A DNA stretch of 43,490 bases from Catajapyx aquilonaris (taxonomy: Eukaryota): positions 1 to 43,490 of the forward strand of contig JYFJ02003329.1 of the NCBI GenBank assembly GCA_000934665.2, given 5' to 3'. A model generated the notes under the pieces. It was given only the letters and a program-made list of their open reading frames with translations. It did not search any database and was not told where the DNA came from. The translations under genes and the position numbers were made by a program. Shown piece after piece: positions 10,587-21,905 of this stretch. Position 1 is the stretch's first letter, and each line of letters opens with the position of its first letter.

Positions 10587-13500
10587 GGTCTAAACTACAC
10601 AGCCCCTCTCAGAATAATCCCCCCAGAGCTGTCTTATGGCATGATACTCTGGCAGCCGCAGCATCAACCCTCACGTCTAGAAAACGTGCCCTATCTCTTA
10701 CATGGACCGACTAGGAGAGAACACGCCCTCCTACGTAATGACCAGTCCAATGCATATTGGAGCAAAACTGATACACTCGTGCACTTTGCAAGTACGCCAC
10801 CACTGCACTGGTTTCTTGAAAGTCATTAGCACTACCGCCATGCTGCGGACTTTCGACGCATAACCTCCGAGTTACGACCCAGTTTTACGGCGCAGTAAAA
10901 AAATGAGCGTTTTCTATACCCACTTAAGACTTGGGCCCTACGCAATGGGGAGGGGGGAGGGTGTTATATGCCACCTAGGGAGTGACCACCGCTGCCCAAA
11001 ACCTCTTCAATGGAAAAAATGCGCACCTGTCGTCGGAGGCATACTCCACACATGCAGGTAATAAGAGTTAGGATGCTGAAGTTGAGTCTTCTCAAGTAAA
11101 GGAGGGCTGGCTAACTTGGCAGCTGTGGTGCCAAGATGGGAGGAGGAATGTGCTTTGCTCGAGTGTGAAAAGTTTAATTTGAATCTGTCAGTGGCCGGGG
11201 TTGAGCAGAAGGAGGGGCGGGGACTAGGGTGGCCCAGGTGTCAAGACCAGTTCAAGGCTTAACCCCCGCCATCCCCACCTGCTTGCTTTCTTCCCAACTG
11301 CTTCACTGCTGGACATGGTTTTCAACAGGGATGGGTGGGAGGGAGGTTAAGGAAGAAGAGAAAAAAAATAATATTCCTGGCCTCAAAAAATGTGCCTGGT
11401 AAATTACTAGGGTGCGGACCATCTAATTGAATGTTAAGTATGCCTATCGGTACCTTGTGTATGCATTTTGAGTAATAGATTTCGAGGCAGGATCTGACCC
11501 CATAATTTTGTTCTCCAATTGTCACGGTTGGGGGAAAAAACTGTCCAATATTTCCCCCAATTCACCTGCCTCGTGGGCAATCAGAATTTCCTGCTATATC
11601 TGACCCTGGGATGCGCCGGAACAAAATTGAAAAGAAACCATACAAATCAATCTAGCCATCGAGCAGAGAAAACTCTCAAGATCAGAAGTGGGCTGTTTAT
11701 GTCCACCTGACGATCAACCATCAAAACCGTTCAATGCGCAAAAATAGACCCAGTTACATAACCCCTATAGGACCGCCCACGCACTATCAGCCACAAAGCA
11801 GCCGGTACAGGTACCAGTCCATGCATATTTACACTGGACTCAAGTGGGACGCAGGAAACTCGGAGAATGAAGGGTGATGACTGGAGTAGGATGAGGAAGA
11901 GCTGGAATAAAAAAAATGGGTGCCGGACTCCAAAGTGGAGCAAGTGGCAGGCAGTCAGAGGATTTTGTAATTGGCGCTGCTTAATGACAATCATGTAGGG
12001 GGTGGTGGTTAAAGTGACTAATTGGGAGCGTTAGATGAGAGACGTTGGCGGGGGATGTGTGGTCCCGCAAGTGGCGAAGGACGGCCAGAAAAACCTCGGC
12101 TCTCTTGTTTGTCGTCGCCCGGATTTAATTGCGGAAGATGGACCCCAGTATGCAGCAGACAATGAGAAAAAGAAGTCCAAAAGAGGTCCTGGTGATGCAG
12201 AGTATGGGGAGGGAGGGTCCTGTTTTTAATGAGCTGAACCGAGGGGCTAGTAACCCTGAGGTCGGGACGCAGGCAGGCACTATTGTGTCTTCCAACTTGC
12301 GCCCGGGACAGCAGGAAACTGTCGATTATGCTCGAATACTTAATTGAGCCTGTAATTAACCAATATTGTGCTCTAAGTGACACTTCCCTTGTGACAAAAG
12401 TAGGGGCTGTCAGGGAAGTCGTAATTAATTAATAGTTATGGCGCATGTAATGTTGCCTTGGACACCAAGTGGATGAGGGCGCTACTGGGCTTTGGGGGGG
12501 TGTGGGAATGACGATCTTGCCTGTCCCTGTGCCAATTATACCAGAGAGATTCACGCTCTTCATTCGCATATAAACTGCGGGGGCTATCAGAGACCCTTAA
12601 GTGAACCGCACTACTGGCTCAGATTTCCTGTCGTCCTCTAATCGATAGGTGGCGCTCTATAAAACTAGCGAGGGGCGCTTCATAATGGCCACATGTCATA
12701 CCAAATGTCAACGCCATCTTTTTCCCACACCCAGCACTTTGTGCATAATAAAGTGTTGAGGGTGGGCCAATTTGGCAGCCTGTTAAGTGCAAGCGTGTCC
12801 CTTATCAGCAAAGTCCCCGCGCTAATAATTCGCCCAAAATGGCGGGCAATTGGGAAAGAATTTGCAGGTCTGATCTAACGCAAAAAATTTTTGGTTAGGT
12901 ACGGAGGCTGGTGCAAGCCCAGGGAATGACCCCTTCCATCTATATAGGCAAGGTTAGCGGAAATAGGATTAGGGGCGAGTTGGTGCTGAGGAATTGTCGG
13001 GAATGGACACGGATGTAAATTTATGGGTAGGGAGCGAGCCCCTATTTGCATGGGATTACGCCGACCTGGCCTGTCGCCCCCCAAAATCGCTTATCGGGGA
13101 GACGGGGGCCTAGCAAGATGAATCGGACGTTTACAGCCAGAGTTATGTCCGGATGCTTCTCTCTATCTGCCTCTGGCGCAACACCCACGACCTGATAGCT
13201 GCCGCCTCGCGCACTTCTTTTTTATCGCCAAGTGGACCATTTGCAGGCGCAGCCTCCAGGGGGTTCTGCCCGCTCCCGGAACTGACGTTACCCCCACCGC
13301 AAACATGGCGCCCGGAAACATCAGCTGATTCCAGAACACTACGGAGTTCCAGAAACTTAAAAACTCGGGCGCATATATGCATTCGCAACGACACCCCACT
13401 CACCCCTTTTCCTCCCATCCACTGTTGCTACTTGCACCGCATAAATCGCCAGTAATGTGACATATTGAGAGCCCGACTCCCAAGGAAAAGTTATACAGTC

Positions 13501-15784
13501 ATCAAAAGATGGCCGCTCCACTCATAATAACCCCCAGCTCGTAAAATCCATTATTTTGATTGAATAAAAAAAAAGAGGACCGAGTCGGAGATGAATTTTT
13601 CTTCGCCGGAATAGGGACTGACCTTTGTAATACCCCCGGAGGAACGGGGCACTTCCCAACTTTCCAACTCATTAGAGTGCGTTTAAGACCGTCCTCCGCG
13701 AGCTCGTAACAAACTTTCTAATTCCAAGTCAGCGTCTTCAGGATCTGAAATCATCCCAGCTCCGCCCTGACTCGACCATTCTTTCAGGAGGGCTCCAGAA
13801 GGACGCTGCTTGGGCTGATGGCCCCCACAGGTGAGTGACTGGTGAGAAAGAAGCGACCCGAGAAGAGGCGACACAACCACCTTTTTCTTCTGATCTGTTG
13901 CCCTTTCTCTCGTGGGCGGGAAATAAAAACCCGTTCCCTCGCCATATTGCCCCTCACCTTCTTAGCTCAGACCTTGAACGGGATGTTCATGGATGTCCAA
14001 CCCAGAATCTTTTCACCCATATGCAACAGACATTACGTAATGTTACGTGAAATGGAGACTATAGACCTGATGTAGACGTAGGGTCTGAAGGCTGTGGTTG
14101 CAGTAGTCGGTTAATATTAATGGCGGCGGTGACATTGACCGCGGATGTGGGGTCAGCATGGACGCCCCTGAAAGCCAGGTACCGCATTTGATGAAGATAA
14201 TTTCCACCACTTCCCCCGGCTTCCCGGCAGGGCCTTGAATTTTTCACTAGCGCCTTCTCCTCCTGAGACACCACCGCCTGGTTCACTACCGGATTTGCCC
14301 TTTTTAAACTCATAATACCCCGTTTATCACTATTTACCTGGCCCATACACACGCACAGTCCTTCACATTTACACACGGACCCAGTTTTTTGCGCAACAAG
14401 GTCAAACCATAATGCAAATGGAGCTAGGTGGTGGGCTAGCAAAAAGAGCAAGTTAGGTCCACAAGGAGACAAGAGAAGCCTCAATGGGAAGGTAGTGGTG
14501 GTGGAGGAGGAGAAGAGGCGCATCAAGTTTGACGAGGTCATATACAAGTGGCGCGGCTGCTAACAAGCCATTGCAATCATTATAAGCGTCCCAATCCACA
14601 TGACCGGCTTGATTTGTGACACCCCGATAACAGGCCGGCCATTACTACACCCCCGATGCTTGGATGCCTTCCAATTCGCCCAGGTACAACAACACTGCAC
14701 CAGAGAATTACAATCCCTATGAAATAGCCTCCAGACACTCAAAGTAGCTGGAGGATAGAAAGAAGAAGAAGAAAAAAAAAGCTAAGGCGGGCTCCTAATT
14801 TGCAAGGTTGATCTGGGTGCAAAAGGAAAAGAAGACAGAGGACTGGGGGGGAGGACTGCTCTCAAAGGCGCTTCGAATCGATCGCGGAATTTCTAATGGC
14901 AAGAAGGTTCCCTCCCAGGCCTTCTTTCCCCCTTGCTCGCGACCTCATCCGGAGACCTTTGCCTTTTTATTTACGTCTGGAAGGAGGGGAATGAGATTTA
15001 AATACATCGAATGCGTAGAGGGGGGAAAAAAAAGAAAAGGGCGGCGCAAGTCAGCTGCAGTTACGCCTGGAGGCACATATGCAGAGTAGTTACTCCACTA
15101 CTGAGCAAGTTCGACCTGTCGATTACAACCGCAAACAAATGGCCTCCAGTGTGTTAAGAAGGGGTCCTCTGGCAAGCTGGGTAGCTGTCAGCGACATTCG
15201 GCTGCGCCCTTGGCATGGAACGAGAGATGAGAGAGTAGGAGGGTAGAGGGGGAGGTTGGGGGGGAGTGCGAAAAGAAATGGCTTTTTGCCCCCCGCTATG
15301 CATAATACAATTCAGACGGAAGACAGTCCATCTCGAGGAGGAGCAAGACTCGTGCTCGGCTGGCTGCTGATTTCCTCAGGGCAAAACCCGAACTCGGAAA
15401 CTCCTCTTCTTTTTATTATTCTTCCTCGACCTTTGTGCACGCTGCACTGCTCCTTGTCTTGGCAGGGCGACTCCTTTCCGCCGTCGCTGTAAATCCTGCC
15501 TCCTTCCTACCCCTCCCCTCCCCCCTCCCGACGTCGAACCGAGCCAGAGGCTGTTGCAAACAAATGAAATATGTTGACACCTAAGCCGGGATTCTGCAGA
15601 ATCCTGCAGTGTTTCACGCTTTCCGAGTGGCTGGAGAACAGGGACGGACGGATTCGTCCTAGGACCAACAAGGGAGATGGAATCAGGGAGGTGGCGGGGG
15701 CCGGAACAACCCACTTCCTTCTCGCTTACGAGCACAAAACACTCCCTAAACCACCACAGGTGCGCTATCAGCTGATCGCTCCCA

Positions 15785-15912
15785 CCGCCATCTTGGTTCA
15801 ACATCCGGGGTTTGACGCTGGCCGCCATCTTTAACATACGGGACTTTGGCAGCCATCTTGTTCAACCTGTGGCAGCCATTTTGCTCAACCAGTGTCCGCC
15901 ATCTTGTTAACC
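15785..15912. promoter_or_regulatory. Five co-oriented YY1/Pho-type motifs in a degenerate tandem repeat
   Basis: CCGCCATCTTGGTTCAAC (15785), GGCCGCCATCTTTAAC (15820), GGCAGCCATCTTGTTCAACC (15848), GGCAGCCATTTTGCTCAACC (15871), TCCGCCATCTTGTTAACC (15895). All match the GCCATnTT core. Confidence 0.7.
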
Positions 15913-18900
15913 CAACAGATAGGTCAAGTAGTGCGTGTTTCCAGCCACGTGTCCCAGTAAACGACGGAAGGAAGGCGCGCGGGGCCTTAGATGAGGCCGT
16001 AAAAAAGCATGCGCGCTCTTCGTCTGGGCTTAAATTTTAATTCGGAGCCAAGAACGGAATGCGAAATGACGTGGGGAGAAGGAGGAGGAGGCTGGATAAA
16101 AAGTGGCAGTGGACACGGAGCCATCCGAGTGCCTTCCCCTAGCACACAAAAGAAGAGTCCAAAATGGCGCATAATTGATCAGGGAAGACAGGCAGGTAAG
16201 GTGGAAAAAGGGGAGCAAGGAATGCTGCCTTGACTGGCCAAGATCAAAGACTTGCAGATGTGCGAAAGAACGGAATTGAGGAGGCAAAGAGCCATCCGAG
16301 AGGAATATTCAGGTCCCGAGCGCCAAAAACTTAAGAGACGGAAGGTCCCAGCTCCTTTCCTTCTTCTTCTTCTCCTTCTTATTTTTTTTTCTTAGTAAAA
16401 AAAAGAGTAGGATGGATCCCGATATTGAAAATGAAATATGCAACGGAACAGCCGGACCCGAAAATGATGCGCCAAGAATCCGGATTTAATATCGTCCAGT
16501 ACATAGATTTTCCATCTCCATCTCCCTGTGTTTAACCCCTTGGTTCCCCCCTCGGCGTTGAAAAGCTCCCTGGACCGGCGCAAATCTCTGTTTCCAGAGG
16601 AAAATTACTTATTGACAAACGCGAGCAACAGGTCTGCCATTAAGCGACGCGCCGAGAGAAAAGCAGGGTTGGAGCTGGAAAGAGAGAGGAGGGAGGGGGG
16701 GGGGGTCTGGTCCTGATTGTCTTAATGAGGTGTTAGATGCAAATGAGGGTAATTAATAAAGGAGAATAATGCGGTGGCGCTGGAGCAAAGGCCGCAAACA
16801 GGGTTTCTGCTGGTGGCGGAAGGGGTGAAACTCCTTCCGTAATTAGTCGCCTTGCCATTGTATAATATTAAAAGCTCCCCCATTACGTTCCTCTGACGGC
16901 TGGAGCTACGTGTTGCTTCTGCCTTTAAAGGAAAAGGATTTTGGAACAGAAAGAGGGGGATTAATTGCCAACGAGTTGCATTCAAAGGGATCGCTATGAA
17001 AGTGTCATCTAAAATGCATTGTAACCTACTTTTGCAACTACGAATTTCTAAAACCAATAGTTAACGGGTAAACGTATTGATCGAAAAGGTTATAAATAAG
17101 CGTATACAGGCAATGTCCCAGCGCAAGTATACTTTCCCCCATAATTGCCCATCGACGTTGTATCAAGGACACAAAGGACCAGGGGCAATCATAGTTATGA
17201 TTTGGACTTGGGCTCAAACGAATCGCATGACCGAACATCAACGTGTGTCAATCGCAGAAATCAACCTGGGAGCACGGTTTTATTTATCCTGTTCCAGGCA
17301 GCAATGTGGGAGGGCTTGAGCCTTATTAAACTTTCATCTCTTTCGGACAAAGCCAGTGGAAAATACCGTGCACGTCATATCTCTTTGCCTCCCCCCAACG
17401 AAACAAACGCACCCTGTAAGTGCAAATACACAGATCCCACCCCCCTTCAGAATCACGTGATCCTTTTGTAATGTCGCCCACCCCTTGTCCTCCTCTTGGG
17501 GGTCCCACTTCCGGAACAAAGTCCAGCAGCGTAACCGGGGCTGGGAAACATGAGGCTGAGAGGTGGGCCACCAACTTCCCACAACCTGTCCTGGGGCTTT
17601 CATCGCCGTCAACCGGTGGACAAGGATGGGATACCCTTAATATGCGACCTCACGTCAAACCGGCCAGGAAATTACGACTGTCGTTTCCGGAACTTGCATG
17701 TGCAGTCTGATTGGAAAACTTTGCATGCCCTCTTATGTAACATGTCCTTGCGGTTAATTACTAATTGACACTATCAAAACAAATTGCGTAACATTTCTCC
17801 AAGGGCATATGACTTCAACGAGCGAATAAGAGGGGGGGTCATTCGACTTCCGTCCTCTACTCGCTTGGCTCGTCTCTTGTGACTCTTCCGACCACAAATC
17901 AAAGCCCTCCCAAAATCCCGGCCTATTGTTAGAAAACGGTATGGGAAAATCGCGGTGGCGAGTCCAGGCGATCGTCAAGCGTCGTCTTCCTCCTCTCCCG
18001 GCCGAGTCTCCCTCCCCACACCGCAATTATCTCCACTAGACACAAAGACAATTATCCCCCCCCTACACAACTATATATCTAACTTTTTTTTTTCGTTCTG
18101 TCCGTTGGGGGCTGAAGCAAAGAGTCCTGGTTGCGTGCCCAACCTTTTGTTACCTGGAAGCTCCCGCAATTATACGGGGCTTTACGTTCGAGATGTTCAC
18201 TTCCTGTTCCACTTGGCGTGGCGTGCTCGACGCCAGCTTGGGGGTCGGTCCTGCAAGGGGGTCCTAATCTCCCACATTAGCCCAAATTACCGCGCCCCCG
18301 TACACACACAACTCACTCATATGTTCAGACGCACCTCCCACCCACCCACCTTTGCACACATTGAGGAGTGTGTCAGTCAAACGTGTGCACGTGCACTTTT
18401 TTGGCGGTGCAAACAGAGTCATACATGTGAAGGTGGTTTGTATCTTTCCGCATTATGGAAAAAATTGGCGAGTCCATATTTGTATATTTGCACGTGCGAA
18501 GAGCTTCAGAAGCCTGAAAAGTGCGCGGCTATAGTTTGAACCCTGCTGATCATGCAGCGTTTGACCAAGTTTCAATTGAATAAACCAGACTGTCCACCGT
18601 ATCAAAGGTGACATATATGCGAACTCAACCCAACTCTGGTTACCTACCGCAGAAACAATGCCTAATTCACCCTGCACCGGTTCTCCACCAGATGAATGAA
18701 ACATGATGTAATGAGGGGTCAACCCGGTAGATATTGACTAGCCCGTTTGGTGAATTTAACAGAAGCGTATTCGTCAGTAAATCGGGGGCGCTGTCAACAG
18801 TTTCAACTATTACTTATATGGGAACCATGCTGAATTATGCACCGCAGCGACTACGCCTGTGTATTGCGGAACTAGTTAGAAACGGCGTCCTTGGGAAGTG

Positions 18901-20810
18901 AAGCGAAGTGCACATTCGCAATGATAAGCAGGCATCGACTAGTTGGCGTCCACATTACGAATTCAGACTGTTCCTCAATAATATTTATGGGTCTTGATTG
19001 ATTAGGCTTTGTCCCAGGAAAGGGAGGGGAGTCGAATAAATAATCCAGATTCGGGCCATCAAATTAGGAGGAATGTTTGTCTCCGTTCATTAGGTGAGGC
19101 CATACTGTTGGGCAGGGGGGTGTGGGCCTCAAGAAAATAACGTCGGTTCCGATCCCTTCCCGGGCTTACAGGGGCCATTGTTCCATTGCCCTCCGAGGAG
19201 TAACGGCCAGTTGGCTTTTGTCCACTGACACGCCATTCAACTCCGACCTCACATGATACACAAAAAGAAAAGGCAAGAATGGAAACTCCCGGACGGCCCT
19301 CAGTCTCAAGGTTGCCACCTACTTGGTCCTCCTTTTGTCCACTCCACCAGTATACTACTGTACATCTCCCCTTCGCGCCTTACACTCTCCCAGTTTCCCC
19401 AGGCTCTTCAAAATCAAAAAATCTATTGATCCCTACCCCACCTAACTGGTCAGCCAAGATGGCGCCTAAAATTGTCATTTGCATGAATATTCACTAGTGG
19501 GGGGAGAAGAACTCCTTATCCATATTAGCTAATCTTCGATTAGAACTCGGCACCTCATTTTAATTAAAGTTAGCATAGAGGGGGGGAAGAAGGAGGGGGG
19601 AGAAAAAAAAATTCAACGAAGTTCAGCCCCTGGTCCAAATGATCTCCGAAAACCATTCCGGGGCAGGACCAATCTCACTTTGATGAGATAGAACAGCGGG
19701 AGTATTTTTTAATTAGAATACCCCGGCGCAGATGATGATTAAAAGAAGTGCCATTAAGAGAGGGGGTAGTCGGATTGCATGTTGGGCAAAAATGCCCCTT
19801 AAGCCGAACTTTGCCCATTAACATTTCGAAACAGCCCCATACTATTTAAAATGACTCGCTCTCTCGGAATTAAAAAAAAGTGTGTCATTTCCTCCCCCCC
19901 GCTTCTCCCTGCGACACTTAAGCGGCCCAGATATGTACCTTTTCTCCCCTTCCCCTTTTTCTTCCAAGCTCCATTTGCGGACTTCTTCGATAACTAAGTT
20001 AGACCTATTTGCATTTTATAGGCAGGACCCTTCGCTGCTCTAATTATCTTAATGGCGGGCTGGCGATTGGGTAAGGAACACACACATAATCTCCCTCAAA
20101 AAAAAATTGGCGAAATAAAATTCCTCCTGTTTTCTGCAATTCATCTTTCCACTTCATAACCCCCTTCCTCTCTCGAGCCATTATCGCACAACACTGCCGC
20201 CGTAATTCGGTAATTAATTTAAACTTCATTAGCCCTATTAAGCCTTAACTAACTTCACATTTCAAGCCCGTTGTTTTCGGCGTTATCATTAGCATGGATA
20301 AACTCTCATTAAAAGCGGGGTAATTTCGTGTTGAATAATTAATCTCTGTAACCCGTTGAGGGCTAAGCAGGGGATCGATTCCCTCCCCCACTTTCCCCCT
20401 CCCTTCAAACCCGAGAGAGAGAGAGAGCAAAGGGTTTTGTCGCCGGATTTTCTCGCTTTTGCCTCCCGGGGTGGGGGGAAGTGGGGAGTCTCCCCTCCTC
20501 CCGCTTCCCTCCTACGCCACGATTAGCACAAGGTGCTTAATAAACCCCGCTAACCAAGTGCACTAATTAATTCTCCTCGCCTTCGCAAGCACCAGCAAAG
20601 ACAGGCGCAGATTTTCGCCCCTGACACCCGCCACAGCCACCAGAGGGAGGGAGAGAAAAGATGACACAAATCGCTTAATAGCCTTTAATTTTCGCCCCCT
20701 GCAATTGTTACAAAAACCGATGTAATTAATGCCGCTACATTCAAGAAAAGGCTATAAAACTAGCTCAATTGTTCCACAATAGGCCGCAAATGAAATGGGC
20801 CGATTTTTGT

Positions 20811-20912
20811 GATATATCGATATATCGTATGAAACATGCTAGTTTATCGATTTTAATCGATGGTGTATAATTTTAATCGACATTATTATCGCAATTTCGT
20901 AAATAGCCGATA
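20811..20912. promoter_or_regulatory. ATCGA/CGATA cluster including a DRE (TATCGATA) within a 16-bp palindrome
   Basis: Perfect palindrome GATATATCGATATATC at 20811-20826. TTTTAATCGA occurs twice (20851, 20871). Further TATCG/CGATA at 20845, 20887 and 20908. Confidence 0.5.
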
Positions 20913-21756
20913 TGTGACCCCGGCTTAATAGGTAAGTTATGAAAGGCGTTGGTGACGATTGATCCGAGACGGACTGATGTGGACGGCAGTCACGGGTGTC
21001 AGGCCGGAACCAGAGACAAATGACGCCAAGTAGGGGACGGAGGAGGGGAGGACCAACACACTTTTTTTGGTGAGATGGAACTAACCCCCCCCCCCCCCCA
21101 GCAGGGGAGACACAACCACTCCTGGTCGCAGGGGCGATTCCCATTCTCTAATGAATCTATTGTTTGAAGAGGCCGCGGCCTTCTTCATTAGGACCCCCCC
21201 TCTCTCCACCCCTAAAAAGTCCGCCCAAATTAGATCAGCACAGCCTCCCTGCTCCATCCTGCGGAGATGCTTCCCTGCTAATTTGCCAGTCAGATTGAGA
21301 GGGGGGTGCTCCCTAACTCAACCCCCATGTAATTAGGCCAACGGAGCATGTATTTTTTTTTCTCGCGTACATAGCTCTGTTTTGAACTAGGAGACATCTT
21401 GTCCCCGGTACTCTAATCACACAGATGGCTACGAAGCATCCCCCCACTTTGCAAATGAAGATTTGTTTTGCAGGGTAGAAGGTTGCTAACACTCACACTG
21501 GCAAGTCTTCCCCAGAATTTATAACCAGAGGGTTACACTGTTCAAAAACACAGCCAGCACCCAAGGCAGCCATATTTTTTTTTGTGACCTACCCAGGTCA
21601 TACCCCTCCCCCCTTCCTCTCCAGCATTTTTTTTCCCCCTCTCGGCTTTACGCTACCGTAACTTAATTGTTCAATCTGCCGCATAGGCAGGGCCCGATAT
21701 ATATAAAAGGAGCCGTAGGCCCTGTCTTTTGATCTTTTTTGCTCAATAAGTCGCCA

Positions 21757-21905
21757 TAATTGAATTACAAAGTTTGATATATCCTCATAAAAATATCTGC
21801 TATAAAACGAAGCGGCTTAGCTTGTCAACGCCCGTTGCAGGACTCCGGGGACTTAATGAAATTATTTTGCTTGTGGAGGGCCCTTCTAAGATGCTAATTG
21901 AATTA
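21757..21905. promoter_or_regulatory. Cluster of three P3 (TAAT-N3-ATTA) paired-class homeodomain sites with a TATA box
   Basis: TAATTGAATTA 21757-21767, TAATGAAATTA 21854-21864, TAATTGAATTA 21895-21905 (inside ATGCTAATT-G-AATTAGCAT), and TATAAAA 21801-21807. Confidence 0.6.

Noticed and set aside
14059..14547. 162-aa minus-strand ORF with a protein-like C-terminal half
   Set aside because: No recognisable motif and poor splice signals; cannot be supported.
15785..15912. CRISPR-like repeat-spacer array
   Set aside because: Repeats are short and degenerate, spacers only ~3-17 nt, no cas genes, eukaryotic context.
17955..18539. 194-aa plus-strand ORF
   Set aside because: Non-ATG start, crosses homopolymer and CA-rich tracts, no domain or codon signal.
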